Source: Escherichia coli (lineage in GTDB: Bacteria; Pseudomonadota; Gammaproteobacteria; Enterobacterales; Enterobacteriaceae). From it: DNA of 64,000 nt. How positions within the stretch are numbered: position 1 is the first letter of the stretch; each line of letters opens with the position of its first letter. The notes beneath the pieces are model-generated. The model was not told the DNA's origin and ran no database searches. It saw only the letters and a program-made list of their open reading frames with translations. The DNA is taken from NCBI RefSeq assembly GCF_044324875.1, contig NZ_CP172185.1, one strand, 5' to 3'. The position numbers were made by a program, and so were the translations under genes. Below, piece after piece: positions 63,955 through 64,000 of this stretch.

Positions 63955-64000
63955 CGCTTCAGTTCCTGTATCAGCAGAGTCAGGAGCTTTTCGCTGACAT
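63951..64000 (-). CDS. IS66-family orf1 (TnpA helper), C-terminal end only; rest lies beyond the window
   Basis: Minus-strand frame ending ...[12 protein letters not shown] with TGA overlapping the tnpB ATG (ATGA), the standard IS66 orf1/orf2 coupling. Confidence 0.5.
   Translation of the reverse strand, partial: VSEKLLTLLIQELKR

Larger units (their letters stand above)
61982..64000 (-). mobile_element. IS66-family insertion sequence (partial; continues beyond the window end)
   Basis: End beginning GTAAGCG at 61982; minus-strand gene order orf1 (partial), TnpB-like, large transposase. Confidence 0.8.

Overview
Enterobacterial (Escherichia coli / Shigella-type) chromosome, in reverse orientation relative to the E. 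coli K-12 map. Positions 1-40181 are a conserved core block that I recognise from the translated ORFs: dgcJ(yeaJ, partial)-cdgI(yeaI)-yeaH-yeaG-mipA-yeaE-yeaD-gapA-msrB-yeaC-ydjLKJIHGFE-pncA-ansA-sppA-ydjA-selD-topB-gdhA-ynjH-nudG-ynjFEDCB. This block carries two clean IS insertions: an IS21-family element splitting yeaE (5-bp duplication CGAAG) and an IS150-like IS3-family element inside a REP-like palindrome between topB and gdhA, where K-12 has ynjI. From about 40.2 kb to the window end lies a horizontally acquired, P4/CP4-like island without a visible integrase. It contains a YeeP/YfjP-type GTPase, DUF932, antirestriction, RadC-like, DUF987, CbeA/CbtA toxin-antitoxin and YeeW-like/DUF4942-like genes, plus AlpA and three gpII-like paralogs. 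The right part is an IS-riddled mosaic: a degenerate IS1, a transketolase C-terminal remnant, a YadA-type trimeric autotransporter adhesin with internal tandem repeats, IS629, a DinI-like gene, and an IS66-family element nested in an IS256-family transposase remnant. The best candidates for undescribed biology are a convergent pair of low-GC genes of unknown function (47449-49184) in the island's variable cargo slot, and a cysteine-rich 214-aa ORF (42586-43230) inserted between the DUF987 and antitoxin genes of an otherwise canonical cassette. No CRISPR array, tRNA or rRNA was found. All homology calls are from reading the translations against remembered protein families; no database search was run.
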